The notes: generated from the sequence alone by a model not told the origin. A stretch of 16,616 nucleotides of DNA from Massilia sp. (GCA_039927975.1 JBDSTZ010000252.1:1-16616), one strand, 5' to 3'. Counted from the first letter of the stretch, positions 1 through 8,093 are shown. Translations and numbers: made by a program.

Positions 1-133
1 GATCGAACACCACGTCCAGGAAGAGGAAGGCGAGATGTTCCCGAAAGCACGCAAGGCCAAGCTGGACCTGGTCGCGCTCGGCGAGCAGATTGCCGCCCGC
101 AAAGAAGAAATCGGCTTCTCGTTGCCGCAATAA
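1..133 (+). CDS. 3' end of a hemerythrin-like (HHE cation-binding domain) protein; the 5' end lies outside the window
   Basis: In frame from nt 2, the translation is ...IEHHVQEEEGEMFPKARKAKLDLVALGEQIAARKEEIGFSLPQ* with a TAA stop at 131-133. The H-x3-EE-x-(L/M)FP pattern matches the last helix of hemerythrin-like domains. The codons have GC-rich third positions. Confidence 0.45.
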   Translation, partial: IEHHVQEEEGEMFPKARKAKLDLVALGEQIAARKEEIGFSLPQ

Positions 134-196
134 GACGCCAGGCTGTCACCGGGGGCGGGGGCACAGCGCCCGTCACGGTGGCGATGTCATGGCGCG

Positions 197-260
197 GGGA
201 AAGCTCCCTTTCTTGACTGACCACAAGCGTTGAGGTCAGTGCGGAAAGGGAGCTTTTTTA
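197..260 (+). terminator. Rho-independent terminator-like hairpin followed by a U-tract, downstream of the hemerythrin-like gene. It also lies in the leader of the next gene.
   Basis: An inverted repeat gggaaagctcccttt (197-211) pairs with aaagggagcttt (245-256) around an inner ctgacc/ggtcag stem. The run of six T at 254-259 (cttttttac) completes the second arm and continues as the 3' U-tract. Confidence 0.6.
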
Positions 261-296
261 CGCGGGTGGCGAGGCATTAACGGAGAGGAAAGCAGC

Positions 297-1766
297 ATGC
301 CGTTCATGATTTTGACGCGCGAAGGTTTCGACGATATCGTCGCGCGCGTGGAGCCGGCCGGTGCGGTCTTTTTGCTCAATCCGGTCATTGCGTCGGAGGC
401 CGAGATTGCGCGCCTGCGCGAGGCCGGCGGTACGGTCCATGTGCTTGATCCGGCGGCGCCGCCATCGCTGGCGGACGGCGCGCTCGATGCCGCTGGTATC
501 GGAGCCGAACCGGTGTGGGTCGAGCGTGCGACGGCCGGTTCGCGCCAGTCCGCTCTGGCCCTTGCTGCACCGGGCGCCGAACCCGAGGCCAGGCGTGCGC
601 CGCGTGCGCTGCGGCGGATCGGCAGGAGTGCCGGGGCGTTCGCCGGCGCCGCGTGGCGTGGTCTGCGTGCGGCCGGCGGGCCCCGGCGCCTGATGCTGCT
701 GCCCTACCTCGGTTTCGGTAACGCCGGCAAGCTCTGGCTCAAGGGCCGGGTGCTCGACGAACCGGCGTTTCGCGCCCAGACCGATCAGGACAGCCGCTGG
801 CGCAATATGCTCGCCTTGTACCAGCGGCTCGAATCCAACCAGGTGGCCGGCGCCCGCGTCCGCGCCAGCTTTGGCGGACAAACCTGGGACGCCGTCACCG
901 ATCGCGGCGGTTATTTTTCGTTCGAGATCGCGCCCGCGCAAGCGCTGGAAGGCGGCTGGCACGCAGTCGATCTCACCTTGCCGGACGCGCCCGACGCGAA
1001 CGGAGCCCCGCTTCACGCGAGCGCCCAGGTAATGGTGCCGGCGCCGAGCGCGCGCTTCGGCATCATCAGCGATATCGACGACACGGTGCTGTGGTCGAAC
1101 GCCACCAACAAGCTGAATATGGCGCTGATGCTGGCTCGCTCCAACCCATACACGCGGCAACCGTTCAAGGGCGTGGCGGCATTCTACCGGGCGCTCAAGG
1201 CGGGCGTCGGCGGCGAGGAAGACAACCCGGTGTTCTATGTGTCGAGCAGCCCGTGGCATCTGTTCGACCCGCTGCTCGAATTTCTGCGGCTGCGCGACAT
1301 TCCGGTCGGGCCCCTGCTGCTGCGCGAACTGGGCGTGCGCGAACTGCTGGCGTTGTCGAACCACCACCATCACAAGCTCGAGAAGATCGAGACGATCCTG
1401 CGCTTCTATCCCGGCATGCAGTTCGTGCTGATCGGCGACAGCGGCGAGCAGGACCCGGAAATCTATGCCGAGGTGGTGCGCCGCCATCCGCAGGCGGTGC
1501 GGGTGATTTATATCCGCAACGTGAACCCCGACCCTTCGCGTATCGACGCGCTTGATCGCCTGATCGAACAGGTCAGCGCCACCGGCACCCAGCTGATTCT
1601 GGCGCCCGACAGCGAGTTTGCGGCGGCCCACGCGGCGGCCGAAAAGCTGATCCAGGTCGATTGGCTGGCGGCGGTACGGCGCAATAAGAAAGAGGACGAG
1701 CGGAAGGAGGACGAGCGCAAGGAGGTCGTGCGGAAGGACGACGAGCGGCCGGCGCCGGCCACCTGA
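297..1766 (+). CDS. App1-like phosphatidate phosphatase family protein (DUF2183/App1 catalytic domain, HAD-like DxDxT), with a low-complexity KEDER-repeat C-terminal tail
   Basis: An ATG at 297 is preceded by ggagaggaaa as an RBS. The protein contains GIISDIDDTVLWSN, a HAD-type DxDxT nucleophile motif as in yeast App1 VISDIDDT, and LLPYLGFGNAGKLWLKGRVLDE, which is typical of bacterial App1 homologues. The ORF is 489 aa with strong GC3 codon bias. The 538-aa ORF on the opposite strand (258..1874) has no recognisable motifs. Confidence 0.8.
   Translation: MPFMILTREGFDDIVARVEPAGAVFLLNPVIASEAEIARLREAGGTVHVLDPAAPPSLADGALDAAGIGAEPVWVERATAGSRQSALALAAPGAEPEARRAPRALRRIGRSAGAFAGAAWRGLRAAGGPRRLMLLPYLGFGNAGKLWLKGRVLDEPAFRAQTDQDSRWRNMLALYQRLESNQVAGARVRASFGGQTWDAVTDRGGYFSFEIAPAQALEGGWHAVDLTLPDAPDANGAPLHASAQVMVPAPSARFGIISDIDDTVLWSNATNKLNMALMLARSNPYTRQPFKGVAAFYRALKAGVGGEEDNPVFYVSSSPWHLFDPLLEFLRLRDIPVGPLLLRELGVRELLALSNHHHHKLEKIETILRFYPGMQFVLIGDSGEQDPEIYAEVVRRHPQAVRVIYIRNVNPDPSRIDALDRLIEQVSATGTQLILAPDSEFAAAHAAAEKLIQVDWLAAVRRNKKEDERKEDERKEVVRKDDERPAPAT
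1690..1749 (+). repeat. In-frame 15-nt tandem repeat (aaggaggacgagcg[c/g], about 4 units) encoding the KEDER-KEDER-KEVVR-KDDER tail of the App1-like protein
   Basis: The tandem units are read directly at 1687-1749, giving the K/E/D/R-rich low-complexity C-terminus. Confidence 0.7.
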
Positions 1767-1892
1767 GCTTATCGGCGGCCAGCGTCGGCGCACTGGTATC
1801 ACAATATCAAGCCGGTATATGCGGCCCTGTTCGGGGCTTTGAAACGCGCGCGAAACCGCATACTGGTTGATCATCCACGCGCACAGCCCATC

Positions 1893-2720
1893 ATGAACTA
1901 CGGTTATCCCACGGTTGGCCCGCAGATCGCGTCAGCCACCAGCACGAGCGGCACCGGCAGCACCGGCAGCACCGGCAGCAGCACGCCCTTGTCGGCCGAC
2001 GTCGCGGCGCGCGTGAAGCAGACGCTCGCCGCACAGTCGACCGGCATCAACAAGCTCAATGACAGCCTGCTGCGCAACCAGACCAGGCTATCGGGCCTGG
2101 GCAAGCTGCAAAGCGCGCTGGCCGAGATGCAGGCCAGCGCCCAGAGCCTGTCGAGCGCGGCCACCGGCGCGAACGGCGTCGCGCCAAGCCAGGACGCCAG
2201 CCAGATCGGCAAGAACGTCCGCGCCTTCGTGGCCGCGTTCAATGCCATGAACGGCAAATTGCAAGCCTTGCAGGCGGGCGAACTCAAGTCCGATGCCGGC
2301 ATGAGCCGCGCGAGCGCCGAACTGGCGCAGCTGACTGGACTTGGCGGCGATGGCTTTTCGGCGCGCTCGCTGAGCGCGGCCGGCATCACGGTCGAGCGCA
2401 ATGGCAACTTGAAGATCGACGAGAAGGCCCTGACAGCGGCGCTGGCGAATGGTCCGTCCGCCGTCGGCGCGGTGTTTTCAAATGGCGGCAAGGGCCTGGC
2501 CGATGTGCTGGCCGACAGGCTGGCAAAACTGTCGAGCAAGGACGGCATGATCGGCAAGGAGTCGGCCAGCGCCAACAAGGAATTGAGCAGCGTGACGGCC
2601 CAGCGCACGGCGCTGGCCAAGGCGTTGACGGCGCAGGCGACCGCACTGGCGGCGATCTATTCGCGGCAGTCCGATGCACAGACCGGCAAGCCAAGCTCGC
2701 TGTTCGACATGCTGGCGTAA
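1893..2720 (+). CDS. Short FliD-family protein (flagellar filament cap / hook-associated protein 2-like) that has the N- and C-terminal FliD domains but no central head domains
   Basis: QTLAAQSTGINKLNDSLLRNQTRLSGLGKLQSALAEMQASAQSL aligns without gaps to the FliD_N consensus (..LqqkkstlqakiSAyGtLkSALstlQtalkaL). IGKNVRAFVAAFNAMNGKL matches the FliD linker pattern. LSAAGITVERNGNLKIDEKALTAALANGPSAVGAVFS matches FliD_C (ADIGITTDRNGKLSVDEAKLDKALKENPEAVKALFT). The protein is about 275 aa from the ATG at 1893; the track uses an in-frame TTG at 1839 as an alternative start. There is a Ser/Thr/Gly tract near the N-terminus (SATSTSGTGSTGSTGSST). GC3 bias is on the + strand, and the antisense ORF 1904..2620 is rejected. 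Confidence 0.6.
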   Translation: MNYGYPTVGPQIASATSTSGTGSTGSTGSSTPLSADVAARVKQTLAAQSTGINKLNDSLLRNQTRLSGLGKLQSALAEMQASAQSLSSAATGANGVAPSQDASQIGKNVRAFVAAFNAMNGKLQALQAGELKSDAGMSRASAELAQLTGLGGDGFSARSLSAAGITVERNGNLKIDEKALTAALANGPSAVGAVFSNGGKGLADVLADRLAKLSSKDGMIGKESASANKELSSVTAQRTALAKALTAQATALAAIYSRQSDAQTGKPSSLFDMLA

Positions 2721-2802
2721 AACGCGTCCGCGCGCAGGTGCGCGCGTCGCCGTGCCGGCCAATCTATTTGCTGTGTCAGGAAATGCCCCGGAACCGGGAT
2801 CG

Positions 2803-2826
2803 ATGGGGAGACCGAAGTCTCCCATC
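2803..2826. terminator. Hairpin with a UUCG tetraloop between the convergent FliD-like gene and tRNA-Ala. It is a candidate bidirectional terminator.
   Basis: The stem gggagac (2806-2812) pairs with gtctccc (2817-2823) around the loop cgaa/ttcg. On the + strand it is followed by the T-rich atcttgaatatt, and on the - strand it lies just 3' of the tRNA. Confidence 0.4.
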
Positions 2827-2834
2827 TTGAATAT

Positions 2835-2910
<76 letters not shown>

Positions 2911-2925
2911 CAATGAAGAGGCAAG

Positions 2926-2955
2926 ATTATAGTACTGATCTTGCGCCGCCGTCAA
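2926..2955 (-). promoter_or_regulatory. Sigma70-type promoter of tRNA-Ala
   Basis: The minus strand reads TTGACG (-35, rc of 2950-2955), an 18-nt spacer, then TATAAT (-10, rc of 2926-2931). The -10 lies about 15 nt upstream of the tRNA 5' end. Confidence 0.5.
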
Positions 2956-3097
2956 TGCCAAATTGGCGCGGCCCGAGATTGGCGACGCGCGTGCCCGGCG
3001 CCGGCGTCGGGCCGAAGGCGGAGACAGGCAGACAGATTGCGTTTCACTCGGCCCCGCTTTTGATCGCAGGCCCAGCGGCCGGTCCAGCGCGTTGCCG

Positions 3098-3976
3098 CTA
3101 TTGGGCCCGGTCCAAACGCCGTGGCCGCTCGATCACCTCGCGGCAGGCCGCGGCGATGTCCGCTCCCCATTCGGCCAGCAGCGGCCCGGTCGGCACCAGC
3201 CGATCGTCGACTTCCAGCATGCCGATCCAGGCCCGCACCCGCACAGGCGCCAGCGCACCGAAGCACTGCTGGGCGACGACGTCCCTGCCGTTTTCCGGCC
3301 CACCCAAACGCTTGCCTGCACAGGAACCAGATTCCGGATGCAGCGGCGCGAAACCCGTTCCCTGGTTTCGCGAGTTGCCGCTCGTTTCATAGAACACGCT
3401 GATGGCGGGGGTGTAGCGCGTGAGCGTGTCCGGCAGCACCAAGGCGACGTCCCTGACCGCCGCTTCGTAGATATTCCCGGCATCGCCTTCCCACTCGATT
3501 TGCTGGCGCTGGCCGGCCGGGCCGCGGAAGCTCAGTGCCAGGCCGGCGGCGGACAGGTCGAGCGCGTCGCGATCGACCGTGAAGCGCGCTTCGAGCGGGT
3601 AGACTGGCCGGTAGTCGGGCGCGCGGCGATAGCGCAGGCTGTAGGTGATGCCTGGCGTGAAACCGCCGGCAAGTTCAAGGCGGAACAGGCGCGCGCCTCG
3701 CGGCAGGTCATTCGCCACCGGCCCTGGCCGCGCGACTTCCAGCGGCGTCACGATCAGTGCCGGCGCGAGCGCCAGTCCGGACGCGCTCACCTCGAAATCG
3801 GCAGGGTTGAGCCCCAGCGACTCGGGCACCATGAACAGCACGCCTCTCAGGTTGGACGGATACCGCTGCGCGCTGGCGTGCGGGAATCCGATCGTGGTGC
3901 TCGCGATGCACTGTGCCTGAGCGACGCCGTGCACGATTGCGGCGATGGCGAACATGACGATGCGAAGATGTTGCAT
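3098..3976 (-). CDS. Secreted protein of unknown function (Sec signal peptide), 292 aa
   Basis: An ATG at 3976 and a TAG stop at 3098-3100 bound the ORF. The N-terminus MQHLRIVMFAIAAIVHGVAQA-QC has a signal-peptide n/h/c structure. GC3 codon bias is on the minus strand. The overlapping + ORF 2963..4066 is Arg/Ala-rich with no motifs. No domain is recognisable by eye. Confidence 0.65.
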   Translation of the reverse strand: MQHLRIVMFAIAAIVHGVAQAQCIASTTIGFPHASAQRYPSNLRGVLFMVPESLGLNPADFEVSASGLALAPALIVTPLEVARPGPVANDLPRGARLFRLELAGGFTPGITYSLRYRRAPDYRPVYPLEARFTVDRDALDLSAAGLALSFRGPAGQRQQIEWEGDAGNIYEAAVRDVALVLPDTLTRYTPAISVFYETSGNSRNQGTGFAPLHPESGSCAGKRLGGPENGRDVVAQQCFGALAPVRVRAWIGMLEVDDRLVPTGPLLAEWGADIAAACREVIERPRRLDRAQ

Positions 3977-4064
3977 GGGGCGCCGGGAGGTTGTGAAGGA
4001 AATGCAAGCTTAACATGCGGCGTGCCACCCGGAACCATGGGCGCCAACGCCGCGAGCCACACGT

Positions 4065-4100
4065 AAAAAAGCCATCTGGCCCGGTGGGACCAGATGGCTT
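4065..4100 (-). terminator. Rho-independent terminator of the TonB-dependent receptor gene
   Basis: A perfect 11-bp stem aagccatctgg pairs with ccagatggctt (4069-4079 / 4090-4100) around a 10-nt loop. On the minus strand it is followed by six T (rc of A4065-4070). It lies 20 nt downstream of the TAA stop at 4121-4123. Confidence 0.8.
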
Positions 4101-4120
4101 CTTGCACTGCCGGGCCGGGA

Positions 4121-7081
4121 TTACTGGCCGAAGCGGTAACGCAGGTTCAGCCCGAAGTTACGGCCGTTACGATAGTGCTGCAACTCGAGGCCGGTCTCGT
4201 AATTGCCACCTGGTTCGCCGATGTAGCGGTTAGGCGCCTTGTCGAGAATGTTCGAGGCGTTCAGCGAGAGGGTCAGGTCCTTGGTGATGTTGTAGTTGAC
4301 CGAGCCGTCCAGGATACCGTAGGCGCCCATGTAGCGGCCCAAGATCGGTTGGGCGTCGAGCGCGAACACGGCGGCCGAACGCCAGGTGTAGACCAGGCGG
4401 GCGGAGAACTTCTGGTCTTCATACATGCCGCTGAAGCTGGCGCTGTTTTTCGACTGGAAGGGCTGCCACAGCTTGACGATGTTCGGTGCCGCCGCGGTGC
4501 CGTAGTTGACCGGATTCTCGGTCGTGACGTAGGTGTACGAACCGGACACGCCGAAGTTCTTCAGCCAGCTCAGCGAGTTGTCGAAGAAGTACTGGCCCGA
4601 CAGTTCGACGCCGCGTGCGAAACCTTTTTCCGCGTTGACGCGCTTGCTGACGCGATACTGGCCGTTCGTGCAGCTGTTCGACACTTGTCCATTGCCCGGC
4701 ACGTAAGCCGGCGCATTGTCGAGCGTGACGCATTCGCTGACATCGCTGAAGAAGCCCTTGATGGATTTGTTGAACACCGCCGCCGCGACATAGTTCGTCT
4801 TGTTGAAGTAGTGTTCAAGCGACAGGTCGAGGTTGTCCGACACCAGCGGCTTCAATTCCGGATTGCCGCGGCTACCGGTGCCGTCGACCGGATTGTAGTT
4901 GACGAACGGGTTCAGGTCGCCCAGCGCCGCGCGGGTCATGCCCCGGCCATAGCCGAAGCGCAGCAGGGTTTCCTTGCTGATATCGTAGGTCGCGTTGAAC
5001 GATGGCAGGGTGTTGCTGTACTCGGTGGTGCGCGCATTGTCGATCAGGCCGTTGACGCTGTTGATCTTGGTGATGGCCGTGCCGTTGGTGCGCACATAGC
5101 GCACACCGACTGCGCCGCGCAGGTGCTCGTCGAGGGCGGCGAATTCACCGACCACGTAGATGGCCTTGGTTTTCTCGTCGACGTAGCGGCGGTCCTGGAT
5201 GCGCTCGAGCAGCGCGCTTTCCATCTGGATGCCGGCCAGCGGGAATTGCGAACGGACCTGGTCGCCGAGCAGCAGATCCGGCGAGTACACCACGTAACCA
5301 CCCGAATAACCGGTGGTGCCGCCCATGAAGTTGGTCGGCGACGACTGGGTCACGCCATAGGTGCTGGCGAGGATGCCGTTGCTGCGGTCGGCTGCCAGCC
5401 CTTTGCCGTCGGTGGTCAACGGACGGTTGTTGTAGCTCCAGTTCTGCGACAAGTCGTCCTGCTTGGCAAGGCGGGTGCCGAACTTGATGCGCTTGAACAG
5501 GCCGTCCTCGATCGAATAGACGCCGGACAAGGCGAGCGCTTTGGCGCTGTCTTTGGAGGCCGAATTGTTACCGTTGTTAAATTCGCGGAACACGAAGTTG
5601 CTCGGGTCCGACAGACTCGGGCCGCTGAAATTGAGGGTGTGCGGCGAGCCATCGGCGACGCGCGAGGTGGTCCACGACAGGCCGTTCTTGGAGTCGAGGA
5701 AAACCGTGCGGTTGTCGGTGCGCTTGGTCGCTTTCAGGAAGGCGTAATCGGCTTTCAGGGCCAGGCTCGGAGTCGGGTTCCAGTCGCTGCCAAACGCCAC
5801 GTTCCAGGTCGAGTACGGGGTATGTTCGTCCACCGACACGGTGTTCACGGTCGAGTTGAGGAAGTCACCGCTCAGGGCACGCTTGGTAGCGAGCACGTCG
5901 TTGGCGCCGCCGCTGACGTTGCGTGCCGACATACCCTTGTCGAAGGTGAACGGCGAGGTTTGCAGGTTCGCCACGTTGACGCCGTCGTTCGAATTGAGGG
6001 CGCGGTAGTTCTGGTGGTACAGGTAGTAGGTGTAGTTGCTTTCGACGTAGAAGCGCAGGGTGTTGTCGACGCGGTAGTCGGCGGCGCCACTGAAGCCCTT
6101 GCGCTCGCGCATGATGGTTTCCTGCGACACGTTGGTGTTCAACGTGGTCGTGACCATGATGTTGTCGATCTGCGCTTGGGTCAGGCCGGTGTTGTCGGGT
6201 GTGTTCGGGCCGATGCTGCCGGCCGTGTTACGGATCGGCACGTTGATCAGGGCATTGATGTCGCTGCGGCCGACAAACTGCGCCTGGGCCTGGAACGGCG
6301 AGTTGGTGGTGTTGGCGGCGGCCAGGGTCGCGTACTCGGCGCTGTCGGCGCGCACCGCGCGTTTCAGGGCCGGGCCGCGGTTGCCCGGGTTGTTATCCGA
6401 GCGGTTGGTGCTGTTCTGCAATTGGCCGGCCAGGGTGTAGCCGAAGCGGCTGCCGCCGCCGAGGTCAATGCGGTTGGCAATGAGTCCGAACACATCCGGC
6501 TCGGTCTGCTTGGCCAGGTCGTTGTAGCGGGCGCCGGCGGAGATCGCGCCGGTCAGGCCCAGCTTGAAATCGCTCGGGTTGCGGGTGCGCACGTTGACCA
6601 GGCCGCCGATGCCGCCTTCGATGTGCTCGGCCGATGGATTCTTGTAGACGTCGACGCCGGCGATCATGCCGGGAATCGCGCTTTCGATGTTGTATTCGCG
6701 GTTGCCGGCGGAGAAGAACGCACGGCCGTTCACCAGCGAGGCGGTTTGGCCGGACAGGCCGCGGATGGTCAGGCCCGAACCGTTGCCGACTGGCGCCGCG
6801 CCTTCGCCGCCGTAGCGGTAGCCCTGCACGCCTGGAATCCGGGTCAGCGTTTCGGCGACGTTCGGATCGGGCAGCTTGCCGATGTCTTCGGCGGTGATCG
6901 AGTCGACCACTTCCATCGCGTCGCGCTTGATGGCGACCGACGAACGGGCGCTGGCCTTCATGCCGGTGACGACGACGGTTGGCGTGACCGCGTCGTCTGC
7001 CGCTACATGGGCGGCAAAGGCTTGCGACACCGCGAGTGCGATGGCGGACACTTTGAGTGTTCTTTGGAAATGCTTGTTCAT
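4121..7081 (-). CDS. TonB-dependent outer-membrane receptor of the large (986 aa) type typical of oligosaccharide uptake
   Basis: The signal peptide is MNKHFQRTLKVSAIALAVSQAFA-AHV. A TonB-box-like TPTVVVTG is present. Plug-domain motifs include DSITAEDIGKLPDPNVAETLTRIPGV and LTIRGLSG. The long beta-barrel ends ...LNLRYRFGQ with a terminal aromatic-x-x motif. The RBS aggggat lies 8 nt upstream of the ATG at 7081. Confidence 0.95.
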   Translation of the reverse strand: MNKHFQRTLKVSAIALAVSQAFAAHVAADDAVTPTVVVTGMKASARSSVAIKRDAMEVVDSITAEDIGKLPDPNVAETLTRIPGVQGYRYGGEGAAPVGNGSGLTIRGLSGQTASLVNGRAFFSAGNREYNIESAIPGMIAGVDVYKNPSAEHIEGGIGGLVNVRTRNPSDFKLGLTGAISAGARYNDLAKQTEPDVFGLIANRIDLGGGSRFGYTLAGQLQNSTNRSDNNPGNRGPALKRAVRADSAEYATLAAANTTNSPFQAQAQFVGRSDINALINVPIRNTAGSIGPNTPDNTGLTQAQIDNIMVTTTLNTNVSQETIMRERKGFSGAADYRVDNTLRFYVESNYTYYLYHQNYRALNSNDGVNVANLQTSPFTFDKGMSARNVSGGANDVLATKRALSGDFLNSTVNTVSVDEHTPYSTWNVAFGSDWNPTPSLALKADYAFLKATKRTDNRTVFLDSKNGLSWTTSRVADGSPHTLNFSGPSLSDPSNFVFREFNNGNNSASKDSAKALALSGVYSIEDGLFKRIKFGTRLAKQDDLSQNWSYNNRPLTTDGKGLAADRSNGILASTYGVTQSSPTNFMGGTTGYSGGYVVYSPDLLLGDQVRSQFPLAGIQMESALLERIQDRRYVDEKTKAIYVVGEFAALDEHLRGAVGVRYVRTNGTAITKINSVNGLIDNARTTEYSNTLPSFNATYDISKETLLRFGYGRGMTRAALGDLNPFVNYNPVDGTGSRGNPELKPLVSDNLDLSLEHYFNKTNYVAAAVFNKSIKGFFSDVSECVTLDNAPAYVPGNGQVSNSCTNGQYRVSKRVNAEKGFARGVELSGQYFFDNSLSWLKNFGVSGSYTYVTTENPVNYGTAAAPNIVKLWQPFQSKNSASFSGMYEDQKFSARLVYTWRSAAVFALDAQPILGRYMGAYGILDGSVNYNITKDLTLSLNASNILDKAPNRYIGEPGGNYETGLELQHYRNGRNFGLNLRYRFGQ

Positions 7082-7153
7082 ACTTTTTTATCCCCTGCTT
7101 TTGGTGGTTTTTTTTGGGTAAATCATTTGCTATCGGCTTCACGCGCTGCGGCG

Positions 7154-7169
7154 GGATATCGATAACAAA
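7154..7169. promoter_or_regulatory. Candidate operator ggATATCGATAACAAA upstream of the TBDR gene (copy 1 of a motif shared across the locus)
   Basis: The motif sits 73-88 nt upstream of the TBDR ATG, immediately downstream (minus-strand sense) of a TATGAT -10-like hexamer. Its 8-bp palindromic core TATCGATA is identical to the copies at 11298-11336 and 13794-13809. Confidence 0.45.
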
Positions 7170-7301
7170 CCGGAGCGATCATACGAGAATTTCTTTTGAT
7201 AATGAATACTTTTTTGACTTGTTGCGTATGTACAACGCTCAAGCGCCCCTCCCTCCTTTCTTGATGCGCGATACGCGCGACATGGCTCAACGGCGGCGCA
7301 T

Positions 7302-7375
7302 GTCGCGCGTGTCGTTCGTGGTCGCGCGTGTCGTTCGTGTCGCGCATGTCGTTCGTGTCGCGCATGTCGCGCAAG
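7302..7375. repeat. Tandem direct repeat with a 19-nt unit gtcgcgcgtgtcgttcgtg, two perfect and about two degenerate copies, in the PEP-CTERM/TBDR intergenic region
   Basis: Units are at 7302-7320 and 7321-7339 (both perfect), 7340-7357 (18 nt, G to A change), then a decaying copy. There are no interspersed unique spacers, so this is not a CRISPR array. It creates the artefactual MSFVSRMSFVSR peptide of track ORF 7328..8104. Confidence 0.75.
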
Positions 7376-7492
7376 TCGCATATGTCGTCCACATCGTCCG
7401 CATCGCGCGGCAACGCGGCAACACTAGCCCCGCCGACAGGGCGAGCGCCCCGTCGGCCGATCAAACATCGCGTGGAAAAATGCCTCGGTGGC

Positions 7493-8083
7493 TCAGCCCT
7501 GGCGGCGGCGCAGCGCGGCGAACATGGCGCAGCCGGCCACCAGCATCAGCAGGAACGGCGCCGGTTCCGGCACCTGGTTCACTTGCGTGAGCGCGTTGGT
7601 GACGAAGCTCAGTTGCTGGCCGATCGGCGCACCCGGCTGGACGAAAATGCTGCCGAGGTCGCCGTTGGCGCCCAGATAGCTGGTGTCGTTGAACAAGGCC
7701 CAGCTGAACGCGCTGCCGTCGCCGCTGCCGGCCACGAAGCTGACATCGAAGATGAAGTGGCCGCCCAGCGTGATCGCCTGTACCAGGTCGCCACCGCCGC
7801 CGGGGCTGCTGAACACGACTGTGCCTGGCAGCGCGCCACTGACCGAACCGCTGGTGTTCTCGGCGCCCACCAGCGCGCCGGTCAGGCCGCTGAGGGAGGC
7901 GCTGCTGCCAGTGTCGGACAACACCAGGAAATTGAAACCGAGGTAAGCGCTGCCGCTACCCAGGGTCGAGGTGTCGATGTCGACGTGGAAGTACGGCACG
8001 GCGGTCGCGCCGGCGCCGCCGGCCGAGGCGCACAGCGCGAGCGCCAGCGCCAGGCGTGCGAAGATATTTTTGTAGTGATGCAT
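7493..8083 (-). CDS. PEP-CTERM sorting-domain protein (putative exosortase substrate), about 196 aa, with a Gly/Ser-rich N-terminal domain of unknown function
   Basis: The C-terminus ...VNQVPEPAPFLLMLVAGCAMFAALRRRQG* is a canonical PEP-CTERM (VPEP, TM helix, Arg cluster). The signal peptide is MHHYKNIFARLALALALCASAGGAGA. A strong RBS AAGGAGA lies 6 nt upstream of the ATG at 8083. The track start at 8131 is rejected because it overlaps the upstream gene and has no RBS. The start is 10 nt downstream of the lyase A stop, so the two genes are in one operon. Confidence 0.85.
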   Translation of the reverse strand: MHHYKNIFARLALALALCASAGGAGATAVPYFHVDIDTSTLGSGSAYLGFNFLVLSDTGSSASLSGLTGALVGAENTSGSVSGALPGTVVFSSPGGGGDLVQAITLGGHFIFDVSFVAGSGDGSAFSWALFNDTSYLGANGDLGSIFVQPGAPIGQQLSFVTNALTQVNQVPEPAPFLLMLVAGCAMFAALRRRQG

Positions 8084-8093
8084 GGTGGTCTCC

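Noticed and set aside
258-1874. 538-aa minus-strand ORF overlapping the App1-like gene
   Set aside because: It is an Arg/Ala/Pro-rich shadow ORF typical of the antisense strand of high-GC genes. It has no recognisable motifs, whereas the + strand ORF has HAD and App1 motifs and proper GC3 bias.
4094-7165. 1023-aa plus-strand ORF antisense to the TonB-dependent receptor
   Set aside because: It is the mirror ORF of a clearly identifiable TBDR. Its composition is dominated by V/A/G/R/D from antisense GC3 codons, and it has no signal peptide or domain pattern.
7302-7375. Possible CRISPR array
   Set aside because: The repeats are directly tandem with no unique spacers, the unit is only 19 nt, and there are no cas genes.
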